Shown here: piece after piece, positions 9,315-20,388 of the stretch
How positions within the stretch are numbered: the stretch's first letter is position 1
How the letters are laid out: every line of letters starts with the position of its first letter
Assembly: GCF_000400465.1 (NCBI RefSeq)
Contig: NW_008806306.1
Location: forward strand, 1 to 24,676
From: Wallemia ichthyophaga EXF-994
Lineage: Eukaryota; Fungi; Basidiomycota
Direction of reading: 5' to 3'
DNA: 24,676 nucleotides
Notes under the pieces: model-generated
The model's database searches: none
Seen by the model: only the letters and a program-made list of their open reading frames with translations
What the model was told of the DNA's origin: nothing
Translations under genes and position numbers: made by a program

Positions 9315-11147
9315 ATGGCCGATCAACAACCACCACACGAAGGACACGAAGGACACGATGATCCAATGGGGGATTTCGACAGGACGGTGATAGTGCATCT
9401 CGACCACTTCTTTGCGAATGCAGATGAGAACGGGCAAGGGCAAGGGCGTGGGCATACGCATACGCACACGCACGAAAGGCACAGCGACGACGGCAGCAAC
9501 CAGGAGAACGGTGACGGGGTTGATGAACGTAGCGAACGCAACCCAGAAGGTGTGGGAGGAGTGCACACCACACACCACACACCACTAACAGACATACCAG
9601 AACGCAGAGACAGCCCGTTCCCGCGCCCGCTTATACCTGTCCAGATACTTTTATCGTCATTCATGGCAGCGCTGCGAGCGCGCAATGGCGGTGGTGGTGG
9701 CGTGGCTGGTGTGGATGGCGCGAACGGCGGTGCTGGTGCGAATGCGAATGCAAATACTAACGGTAATGCGAACGGGGGTCCACCTGAATTGACGGGAATG
9801 GGTTTCCGTATCGAACGCAGTCCGCTGCCTGCAGAACACCCACTGCGCCAGCACCTCAGCCATTTGCGGGGGCAGGAGGGGCATGGTAGTGATACAGCGC
9901 ACTCTCCACACCCAAATTACACTCAAACTCAAAATGGCGGCGGTGAGATGGGCGAGCGCAGCAGCCTCCTCGAACGCATCGAGGAGCTGCATAGCAGGAA
10001 CCCCTACGGCGAAAATGCTTCCCGCCTCCCGCCACCGTTTACTATTACTATCAATTTCCCTATCGCGGGCGGACTGCATAGCGAGAAGAAGGCTGATCCC
10101 GCTCGCGCTGAAACCATCCTTGGCGCTCTGCCGAAGCTGCATAAGGGCGTGACGAGACGTATGAGCAGAGTCGGCGTCGAGACTACGTGTGGCGTCTGTC
10201 TCGATAGCCTCAATGCCAAAGCTCCACTACAGAAGGCGGAGAATAGTGCGGGTGCAGAGGGTGGCGAGAATAGGGAGAATAGGGAGAGCGGCACGAGTGA
10301 AACAAATACTACTTGCAGCACTCCCTCTCCAGAAGATGAAGCAAAACGCGAAGAAGAAATCGTCGCTCTGCCATGCTCGCACGTGTTCCACTCTAACTGC
10401 TTAAGACCGTGGTTCGCACTGCACACGCTCTGTCCGATGTGTCGCTTCGATCTCGATCCCGAGTCAATGACCATGTCGACGCCGCCGCCAGAAGAGAGAG
10501 GAAGGGAGGGCGAGGACAACCCTTTTGTCAGCATCATCGAACGTCTCGTGAGAGGTAATAGAGAACGGGCACCGGCACCAGAAGAAACCAACAACGGCGG
10601 CCGAGCTGAAAGTGCAGCTGCGTCAGGCAGGAGCAGTCGTCATCACCCCTATGCTCGCGTGAGGTCGGCCGGTGAAGGCGGCAGTCGCGATAGCCGCCCC
10701 GCTCGCAACACTCGCTCGGCAACTGCTGCTGCTGCGACGGCCGCTTCGCTCGATGAAACACACACACAAACACAAACACACTCACATTCACACACTCAGC
10801 GTCCACCACCACCCCCAAAGAAGTTTGAAATACCAAAGGCTGGACGCTCGCTCGAGGATATTCTAATTAAGCGTGAGAGAGAGAATGGACTGCGGTGCGA
10901 TATGAAGGAGTGCAAACTGGGCCCGACGGATGAGTCAGAAAGGCTCGAAACGGCAGATATGCTGTCTATAGGTGGAGCAGAGAAACCAGTCTGCTCACAC
11001 TTCCTTCACTCTCATTGCTATCACCTCGCCAATGGGAACTGTAGATATTATAACCCGGCGCACACACATCAAGACGGCTGCGTATTGTCGAGATGTCCTA
11101 TATGTAAGACAATTGGGAGTGTGGAGAAGCATGAGCTGGTACATTAA
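9315..11147 (+). CDS. RING-H2 zinc-finger protein (putative E3 ligase) with a second C-terminal RING-like Cys/His domain
   Basis: Single long ORF, first ATG 9315. CGVC...LPCSHVFHSNCLRPW...CPMC at 10188-10442; second C-x4-C...CSHFLHSHC...CPIC at 10896-11105; low-complexity linkers. Confidence 0.85.
   Translation: MADQQPPHEGHEGHDDPMGDFDRTVIVHLDHFFANADENGQGQGRGHTHTHTHERHSDDGSNQENGDGVDERSERNPEGVGGVHTTHHTPLTDIPERRDSPFPRPLIPVQILLSSFMAALRARNGGGGGVAGVDGANGGAGANANANTNGNANGGPPELTGMGFRIERSPLPAEHPLRQHLSHLRGQEGHGSDTAHSPHPNYTQTQNGGGEMGERSSLLERIEELHSRNPYGENASRLPPPFTITINFPIAGGLHSEKKADPARAETILGALPKLHKGVTRRMSRVGVETTCGVCLDSLNAKAPLQKAENSAGAEGGENRENRESGTSETNTTCSTPSPEDEAKREEEIVALPCSHVFHSNCLRPWFALHTLCPMCRFDLDPESMTMSTPPPEERGREGEDNPFVSIIERLVRGNRERAPAPEETNNGGRAESAAASGRSSRHHPYARVRSAGEGGSRDSRPARNTRSATAAAATAASLDETHTQTQTHSHSHTQRPPPPPKKFEIPKAGRSLEDILIKRERENGLRCDMKECKLGPTDESERLETADMLSIGGAEKPVCSHFLHSHCYHLANGNCRYYNPAHTHQDGCVLSRCPICKTIGSVEKHELVH
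10758..10797 (+). repeat. Imperfect (AC)n-rich coding microsatellite (THTQTQTHSHSHT)
   Basis: acacacacacaaacacaaacacactcacattcacacac, read directly; similar CA-rich tracts near 9452-9480 and 9563-9590. Confidence 0.65.
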
Positions 11148-11429
11148 ACAACGATATCACGATATCACAAAGCTTGAACAGCCATTTGGATAACGAATAA
11201 CGACATTTCTTGATAAATTTTAACAGCATTTGTATTGTGATATAGCTATCAAACCTAATTTTTGTGATGAACTCAGTTACGTCAATTGGGCCAGAACTCT
11301 CGAGGCCAATGGCTCGCATAAAACCGCCTCGATTCGCTGCATATCTTAAGCTTGCAAATGACCTTCAGCCTTTTGCGGTTCTTGTCCTTTACGCACCTCC
11401 ACCACCACAAGACACAACGACAGAAGAAA

Positions 11430-12148
11430 ATGGGGAACAAGTCGTCGAAGCTACCGCCACAGGATCTCGAATCGCTGACCAAAGACACTTACTTTGACAG
11501 GAGGGAGATTAAGCAGTGGTGCGTTGGATTGCACATGTAATTTGTTTCTAACCCTCATTTCGCAGGTACAGGGGATTCCACAAGGACTGTCCGAGTGGCG
11601 AGCTCGACGAGCGCAGCTTTGCAGAAATCTACAAGCAATTCTTTCCATTCGGCGACCCTTCCAGCTTCTCGAAGCATGTTTTCAAGGTATTTGATACTGA
11701 TCGTAACGGGCGAATCAATTTCAAAGAGTGTGAGTCGCAGGCGTTCGTGGCGCATTGGTGCACTCGCTCACACCCCTCGCAGTCCTCTCCGCCCTATCTG
11801 TCACTAGCAGGGGCAAGCTCGACGAGAAACTGAAATGGGCTTTCCAGCTGTACGATATAGACGACGATGGTACGATAACGTATGACGTGAGTGTACGATG
11901 CTTAACGTCCCTGCGCTGCTAATTCAACGCAGGAAATGCTCACTATCGTGCGGTCTATCTACCTCATGTCAGGCACTATCGTAAAACTACCTGAAGATGA
12001 AAACACTCCCGAGAAACGCGTCAGCAAGATATTCGCTGCTATGGATAAGGATAAGAACAGCTCACTCGATTATAACGAGTTTGTTGAGGGTTCTAAGAAA
12101 GATGAAACTATCTTGCAGGCTCTGAGCTTATACGATGGCCTGGTTTGA
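11430..12148 (+). CDS. FRQ1: Frequenin / neuronal calcium sensor-1 (EF-hand, N-myristoylated)
   Basis: Exons 11430-11518, 11566-11729, 11783-11886, 11933-12148 (introns 47, 53, 46 nt) give 190 aa: MGNKSSK...KDCPSG...FFPFGDP...[12 protein letters not shown]...[12 protein letters not shown]...[12 protein letters not shown]...LSLYDGLV. MGxxxS myristoylation motif present. Confidence 0.97.
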
Positions 12149-12628
12149 TCGTTTCTTGATCACTGAGCAATTCACGAACGTCATTATAGATACTTTGAAC
12201 GATTCCATCCCTCTTCTCTCTAGCGCGAACAATTTGATCTCTTCTGTAACTTACCTGGTATCCATTATTACGTGTTCTTTTATGTCTTTAATGCAGTGCT
12301 GGCATTGTTTTTTTTTAAGCTGGTATTCGTTCTTACGTGTCACGAGGATATTCAGGTACTATCTCTGACGACAACTTACCGAGACAGAAGCGAGCGGGAA
12401 GTGAGTTGCGGGCAGGGTGCTATGGAAGCAATTGAGCTCTATTTTTGCTTAAATGACGCTCAAATCCCATTACAATGTCACATGCATCGCCTCTCAGGGA
12501 AAATTGGCCTGCGCAGTCGATTTTCGAAGAAACATTCGCAAAAGGCAGGTGACGGACAAGCATAAATATATCAGGTCTTTTATAAAAGACACAGTTGCTT
12601 CAATTGCCACCGTTCTAGCGTTCTTGGC

Positions 12629-12646
12629 TTCGGTGATATCACCGAA
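12629..12646. promoter_or_regulatory. 18-bp perfect palindrome TTCGGTGATATCACCGAA (CGG-N8-CCG with a central GATATC)
   Basis: Reads identically on both strands; about 230 nt upstream of the GDH ATG. The regulatory role is inferred. Confidence 0.5.
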
Positions 12647-12872
12647 AGTAGAGCATATGATACAGTGGCAAAACAAAGTGAGCTCGTAAATGAGACAGGA
12701 GAAGACATGTACCGTAAACTACAATACATGCATCTCATATGATCTTGTACTGCACCAGTGCGGATGCGCCGAAAACCACCGGAAATCTCCCTTATCTAAT
12801 TTTTAATTTTGATGCGTTAAGAAGAGCGTCACTTGCGCGCGCCTTTCTTTAACACACTTTACAAACACAGAA

Positions 12873-14618
12873 ATGGTAAGTTGACGATCGTTCCCTTGGT
12901 ATCCGTGCAGGCTGCCCGCCTCGCTACTCGTGCGGCTCGCCTCCTCCATTCTTCGCTTGGGGCCGGCGGAAGATCGCCGCAGGCGGTCGTTTGAGCAAGC
13001 AGAGTGAATGGAAGCGAGGAACACAATTGGCGGCTGTCGATTTGCCGTGCACTGTGCCGTAGCGTCTCTCGGTTGTTGCATGAGTCATTTATTGCGCAAC
13101 CCCGGAAAAAGGTTCCGCTATTCTGCCGGCAATTCTAGCACCACCGTAGCTAAGCACTACCTGGAATTTAATCCAGCAGCCATAGCTTGGCGGCTTCTGC
13201 ATGGATACCAACATCTGAAGCATTCACTAACATCACGTAGGCCCCACCAGCAGAACCAGAATTCGAGCAAGCTCTTCACGAGGTCGAAAGCACTTTGGCT
13301 CCTCTCTTTGAAAAGCAGCCGGAGTACAAGAAGGCTCTCAAAGTGATCCAAGTCCCAGAACGTGTCATCCAATTCCGCGTTCCATGGGAGAACGACAACG
13401 GTGAAGTTGAAGTCAATATCGGTTACAGAGTCCAATTCAACTCTGCTCTCGGTCCATACAAGGTGTGTTGATAGATGAAAATTTGCATCATTACCTAACA
13501 CTCAGTCCCAGGGTGGCTTGAGATTGCACGAAACTGTCAACCTTTCCATCTTGAAGTTCCTTGGATTCGAACAGATCTTCAAAAACGCCTTAACTGGCTT
13601 GCAGCTTGGTGGTGGCAAGGGTGGTTCCTGCTTTTCGCCAAAGGGCCGCTCGGAAAATGAAATCCGCCGTTTCTGTCAGTCCTTCATGACTGAATTGTCA
13701 AAGCACATTGGTCAAGACACTGATGTTCCAGCTGGTGACATTGGTACCACTGGTCGTGAAGTAGGCTACATGTTCGGCCAATACAAGAGACTCCGTAACG
13801 AGTTCACCGGTATTCTCACCGGTAAGGCTCTCGCATGGGGTGGATCCCTTATCAGACCAGAAGCCACTGGTTACGGTGTTGTCTACTATGTTGTTGAAAT
13901 GCTCAAGTACTTTAACGAGACTGTTAAGGGCAAGCGTACCCTCGTTTCTGGCTCCGGTAACGTCGCTCAATACGCTGCACTCAAGGTCATTGAGCTCGGT
14001 GGCTCGGTCCACTCTCTCTCCGACTCAAGGGGCACCGTCATCTCTGCAAGTGGATTCACTCCAGACGAAATTTTCGAAATTCAAGACCTCAAGGCCAAAT
14101 TTGGTTACCTTAACGACTGGGTTAAGTCGAAAGGTGATAAATTCGTTTACCACGCCGGTGCACGTCCATGGACTCTTGTCGACAAGGTTGACATTGCGCT
14201 TCCATCTGCCACCCAAAATGAGGTCTCTGGCGATGAAGCCAAGGCACTCATCAAGGCAGGTTGCAGAATTGTCGCTGAAGGATCAAACATGGGCTCAACA
14301 CAAGAGGCCATCGATGTCTACGAGTCAACCCTTCAAACCGACAAGCCATTGTGGTATGGTCCAGGTAAGGCTGCCAACTCTGGTGGTGTTGCTGTGTCTG
14401 GTCTCGAAATGGCTCAAAACTCAGCAAGAATCCAATGGACTGCTCAAGATGTTGATGCTCGTCTCGAAATCATCATGAAGGAGTGCTTCCAGAACTGCTT
14501 TGAAGTCGGTCAGAAGTATGGTGCTGGTAGGGGTTACCCATCCCTCGTCACCGGTGCCAACATTGCTGGATTCTTGAAGGTTGCTGATGCTATGAAGTCT
14601 CACGGTGACTGGTACTAA
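12873..14618 (+). CDS. GDH1: NADP-specific glutamate dehydrogenase
   Basis: Exon 1 is ATG only (12873-75, context ACACAGAAATG|GTAAGT). Intron 12876-13240 (365 nt, CTAAC branch, TAG). Exon 13241-13462 ([10 protein letters not shown]...[11 protein letters not shown]...FNSALGPYK). Intron 13463-13511 (49 nt). Exon 13512-14618 (GGLRLH...GGGKGG...DVPAGDIG...RPEATGYG...SGSGNVA...EGSNM...HGDWY). Total 443 aa, with strongly biased codon usage. Confidence 0.96.
12977..12986. promoter_or_regulatory. Leu3/LeuB-type CCG-N4-CGG motif in GDH intron 1
   Basis: CCG-CAGG-CGG read directly. Leu3 (S. cerevisiae GDH1) and LeuB (A. nidulans gdhA) are established activators acting through this motif class. Short motif in GC-rich DNA. 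Confidence 0.35.
13080..13088. promoter_or_regulatory. Gcn4/CpcA (AP-1-like) optimal site ATGAGTCAT in GDH intron 1
   Basis: Exact match to ATGA(C/G)TCAT inside an amino-acid-biosynthesis gene. Confidence 0.5.
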
Positions 14619-15446
14619 GCGTGCGATGTTATGTTGCCATTTTCCACTTCGTTTCTTTCTGTTCGTTTTTACTTACCCTTACACACTCACTGTAAACGCA
14701 TAAATACTCTTGTGAAATTATGTCTTTGTTTGTGTCTGATATGTATGAGTGAGGCTGATTTGGTATAATAGCACTGATGAAATAAGGAGGTATTAATGAG
14801 ATAACTTGGTAGTTTGAAAAATTGCTGTTTCATGCAGTGCGAATCGACTCTTGGTAACACAGTTGCTCATATAGCCTTGCAATTCACTTAGAACGTGAAC
14901 ATATCGACAGGAATGGTCAATAGGTCCACTTTAAGAAAACGCTTCTCTAATAAAACATTCAAACTCAACTCACAATTCCCCCCAAATATCACCGACTGAT
15001 ATCAACATCAGCCCAACCTTGGCACAGTAGATTGACTTTTAGAAATCTTCAAATAAAAATACTTAATTGATAGCCCTAGATAAAAACACGCTCTAATGAC
15101 TAGATTTGCTGCCATTGAGTCGCTATGGCGCCTTGTGGGCTCTTCGGAAGCTGCAATCCGGCATCACCCCTAAGCCGCCAATACCCGAGTAAAGCATGAT
15201 AAATATCCATTAACTGCTGTATTAATGGGAAGCACTAATACGTAAACGTCTCCGGTACAGCATGTGCCCTACTCATATGAATTTTCACTATCCACAGCTT
15301 ACTTGGTAAAATCACCAAAAAAGAAAAAGAAAAACACGCAGCAAACATCTGGGAAATAAGAATCATCAATTAGCGTTAAATGTACATTTACTGTAAGAGT
15401 ACTTGAAGCGTGTAATGTGTTTTGCCTTTGTGAAATAAGGCGAAAC

Positions 15447-15683
15447 TTAATGGCCAGCGACGGTGTGAGCGTTCTTGTTGCCGTTGAATTCGACCTTTCC
15501 GAGAGATTCGAAGATAGCTTGCTTGTGAGCGTTAGCGTTAGTTCCTGCGTCTTTTGACTGTTGAGATGTGAGCAAGGTGTCTAGATAACAAACCCCACAT
15601 ACGACGTGAGCAGCGCTGGCGTGGGCTTTAGAGCCAGTGTGGATTGAGCGGGTGAATTGGGCGATGAATCTTGTACTGAACAT
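15447..15683 (-). CDS. Small (63 aa) uncharacterised protein with a mitochondrial-presequence-like N-terminus
   Basis: CAAAACAAATG start context. Exon 15683-15603 (MFSTRFIAQFTRSIHTGSKAHASAAHV), intron 15602-15558 (45 nt, GTATGT..CTCAC..CAG), exon 15557-15447 (SKDAGTNANAHKQAIFESLGKVEFNGNKNAHTVAGH*). Exon codons show high-expression bias (Phe 5/5 TTC, Asn 5/5 AAC, Ile 3/3 ATC), as in GDH. Confidence 0.8.
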   Translation of the reverse strand: MFSTRFIAQFTRSIHTGSKAHASAAHVVCGVCYLDTLLTSQQSKDAGTNANAHKQAIFESLGKVEFNGNKNAHTVAGH

Positions 15684-16028
15684 TTGTTTTGTAGCTGCGG
15701 TGGTTCAGGACAAGTTCCATATCGGGCTCTTTATCTTCCCCACACTATCGCACCCCAACGAATTAATCGAGAATCGTATGACCGTTGCTTTTCATTTAAA
15801 CAAACAAACCCGAGCAAATAAGTAGACATATTGTGATATGCGGAGTGTGAATTTAGGTATGCGCTGCAAGACTAAGTTTGATTTGTTTTTGTGGGTGAAA
15901 ATCTTCCCAGGACCACGCAGCACAAGGCTAAAAAGAGAGTAAACGTGATTAATAGATGCTGATAGCCTATCTATACACTTCCCACTCTTTGTCTCCAACA
16001 TTTCTCATCACTGGCACTCGCGCCTCAG

Positions 16029-16034
16029 ACGCGT
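16029..16034. promoter_or_regulatory. MCB element (ACGCGT) immediately upstream of MCM3
   Basis: Exact ACGCGT about 25 nt before the start codon, plus a CGCG core at 16019-16022. The element is typical of G1/S DNA-replication genes. Confidence 0.55.
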
Positions 16035-16058
16035 AAAACGACTTCATTAACGATCAAA

Positions 16059-18866
<2,808 letters not shown>

Positions 18867-18966
18867 GCAACATAATTTATACCAATTAAAGTGCATGTAT
18901 TTATAATTAAGTCCGGTTATTATTATGTAGTCGTCTCGTCATTAGTAGAAGAAGGAAGCATGAAGA

Positions 18967-19898
18967 TTAGTTAGAACTGTGTGAAAATAGACTGCATTTG
19001 TATGAGTGAGTAACTAAGGAGCGATGGACAATCACTTACGCTACGAAATAAAATGGCACAGCACATAATAAAACAAATGTGGTTATCCAAACCAGCCATA
19101 ATGAAACGCCATAATGAACAGTCACACCCAAAGCGTCTGTTTTGTTGTTCAGTGAAAATTTGCATGATCGACCAACTTACCACCATTTACGTCTCTCATT
19201 TTGACAATAACAGCTGTGAGGATTGAAGAGCCGACTGTGACGGTCAAGAAAGCAAGCAAACAAAAAACGCCTGCGAAAGAGATAGTATAGCGTATGGGGA
19301 TCAAACCAGCAAACAGAGCAACGCCTGTGAAAATTGCTGACAAGAAGATAAGCCAATATCCAGCAGCGCTATATTCCCTCAGATAGTCGCTAGACGTGAA
19401 GGTGGATTGTGATGTTTCGAAGTGTTGTCTGACAGCATCTTTGAGGTTTTCTGGCGTGTCTTCAATAATGTAAGTGTAAGGATCCAATCTAGAAATGAAA
19501 TGTGAGTCTGCGTCTCTTGCCAACTCGCAAACTCCATCTCTCCTATCCTCGATTGTGCCACAGTAAGAGTACTGACCAAAGTAGTACTCCTGTCTCACAC
19601 CCAGACTCTGTCCAAGAGCAGCTTCCGAGTCATTTGCGTATAGTGTCTATTTCGGCTTTGTGATTAGTCGTGGAGATTATACGTGTGTGACATCACCACT
19701 CACTGATACGTCGAGTTCGCCGTTTTGGATGCTGAGCTGTTGGCCTAAAGATGATGTGTCTACTGAGATATACTTGAGCGCAGACGGCACCAAGTCAGTG
19801 CTAATAGCGCTAATGTTTACGAATATGAGAAGTACGCCGCTTGACAAGGTCAAAAGGACATAAATGAGGATTGAGATGAGCTTCAACGCTAAACCCAT
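18967..19898 (-). CDS. SUR7/PalI-family four-TM membrane protein
   Basis: Exons joined by introns 19703-19647 (57 nt), 19180-19137 (44 nt) and 19039-18992 (48 nt). N-terminal TM; extracellular loop with YYFGQYSYC...C (claudin-like aromatic/Cys motif); three further TMs including YGVSLWLVW. Confidence 0.8.
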
Positions 19899-20209
19899 TT
19901 TAATGATTATTGATTGTGTTGTATTCGCTACGTTTAGATTCTTGGTTCTACTTCTTGCGCTTTCAAGTCTTATAACACTAAATTAAAATTTCACACAAGG
20001 TGCAGTGATGATAGTAGACGAGCTAGAGCGTGATCAAGTATTTGTAAAGCATTTGAAATTTATTCCAAGTTTGAAACATATCTTTATTGGTTTCCGTATC
20101 TCATTCCTTTTCGGGTCTGCTATGTCAAGCTCTGAATTTGCTATGAAAATTTGAGCGTGTAATCGTTTGCAGCACAAATCTTGACTATTCTCAAATGCTG
20201 CTTCCGATA

Positions 20210-20218
20210 ATGACTCAT
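20210..20218. promoter_or_regulatory. Gcn4/CpcA/AP-1-type site ATGACTCAT upstream of the SUR7/PalI gene
   Basis: Exact 9-mer about 310 nt upstream of ATG 19898. Confidence 0.3.
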
Positions 20219-20388
20219 CCTTTATAAAATCAAGCATGCGTTTTATCCCAACACACTGTCTCATAATGCACGTCTTCTCTCCTCTGAAAATTTGCTCACC
20301 AAATTATTAGCTGAAATACATAGATTAGGAAACAAAGATCACTATCAAATTAAGATATCATGAGAAAGACTTTTATTTAAAGAAATCA

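Noticed and set aside
6196-10594. Long antisense ORFs over PRP2 and the RING gene (for example 6196-6816, 10004-10594)
   Set aside because: Expected in GC-rich coding DNA; Ser-rich mirror translations with no domain signal.
11151-11168. ACGATATC x2 after the RING stop
   Set aside because: Short duplication in a probable 3' UTR; nothing supports function.
5200-11900. Horizontal transfer as a cause of the GC-rich block
   Set aside because: The block holds core eukaryotic genes with the same intron size and splice signals as its neighbours.
12149-12872. Small ORFs between FRQ1 and GDH1 (12135-12368, 12272-12565, 12453-12689, 12494-12676)
   Set aside because: No codon bias, motif or convincing splice model; best read as UTR and promoter.
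12876-13240. TPP riboswitch or intronic snoRNA in the long GDH intron
   Set aside because: No CUGAGA/TPP core; no well-placed RUGAUGA-CUGA pair; an H-box-like ACACAA (13021-26) has no matching second hairpin and ACA. An Rfam scan would settle it.
14619-15446. Possible hidden gene or ncRNA in the ~830-nt spacer (36-aa minus-strand sORF; 7-bp hairpin CCATTAA/TTAATGG at 15207-15228)
   Set aside because: The sORF lacks the codon bias of the real small gene nearby, and a 7-bp AT-rich stem is common by chance. No tRNA or snoRNA boxes are in the correct arrangement.
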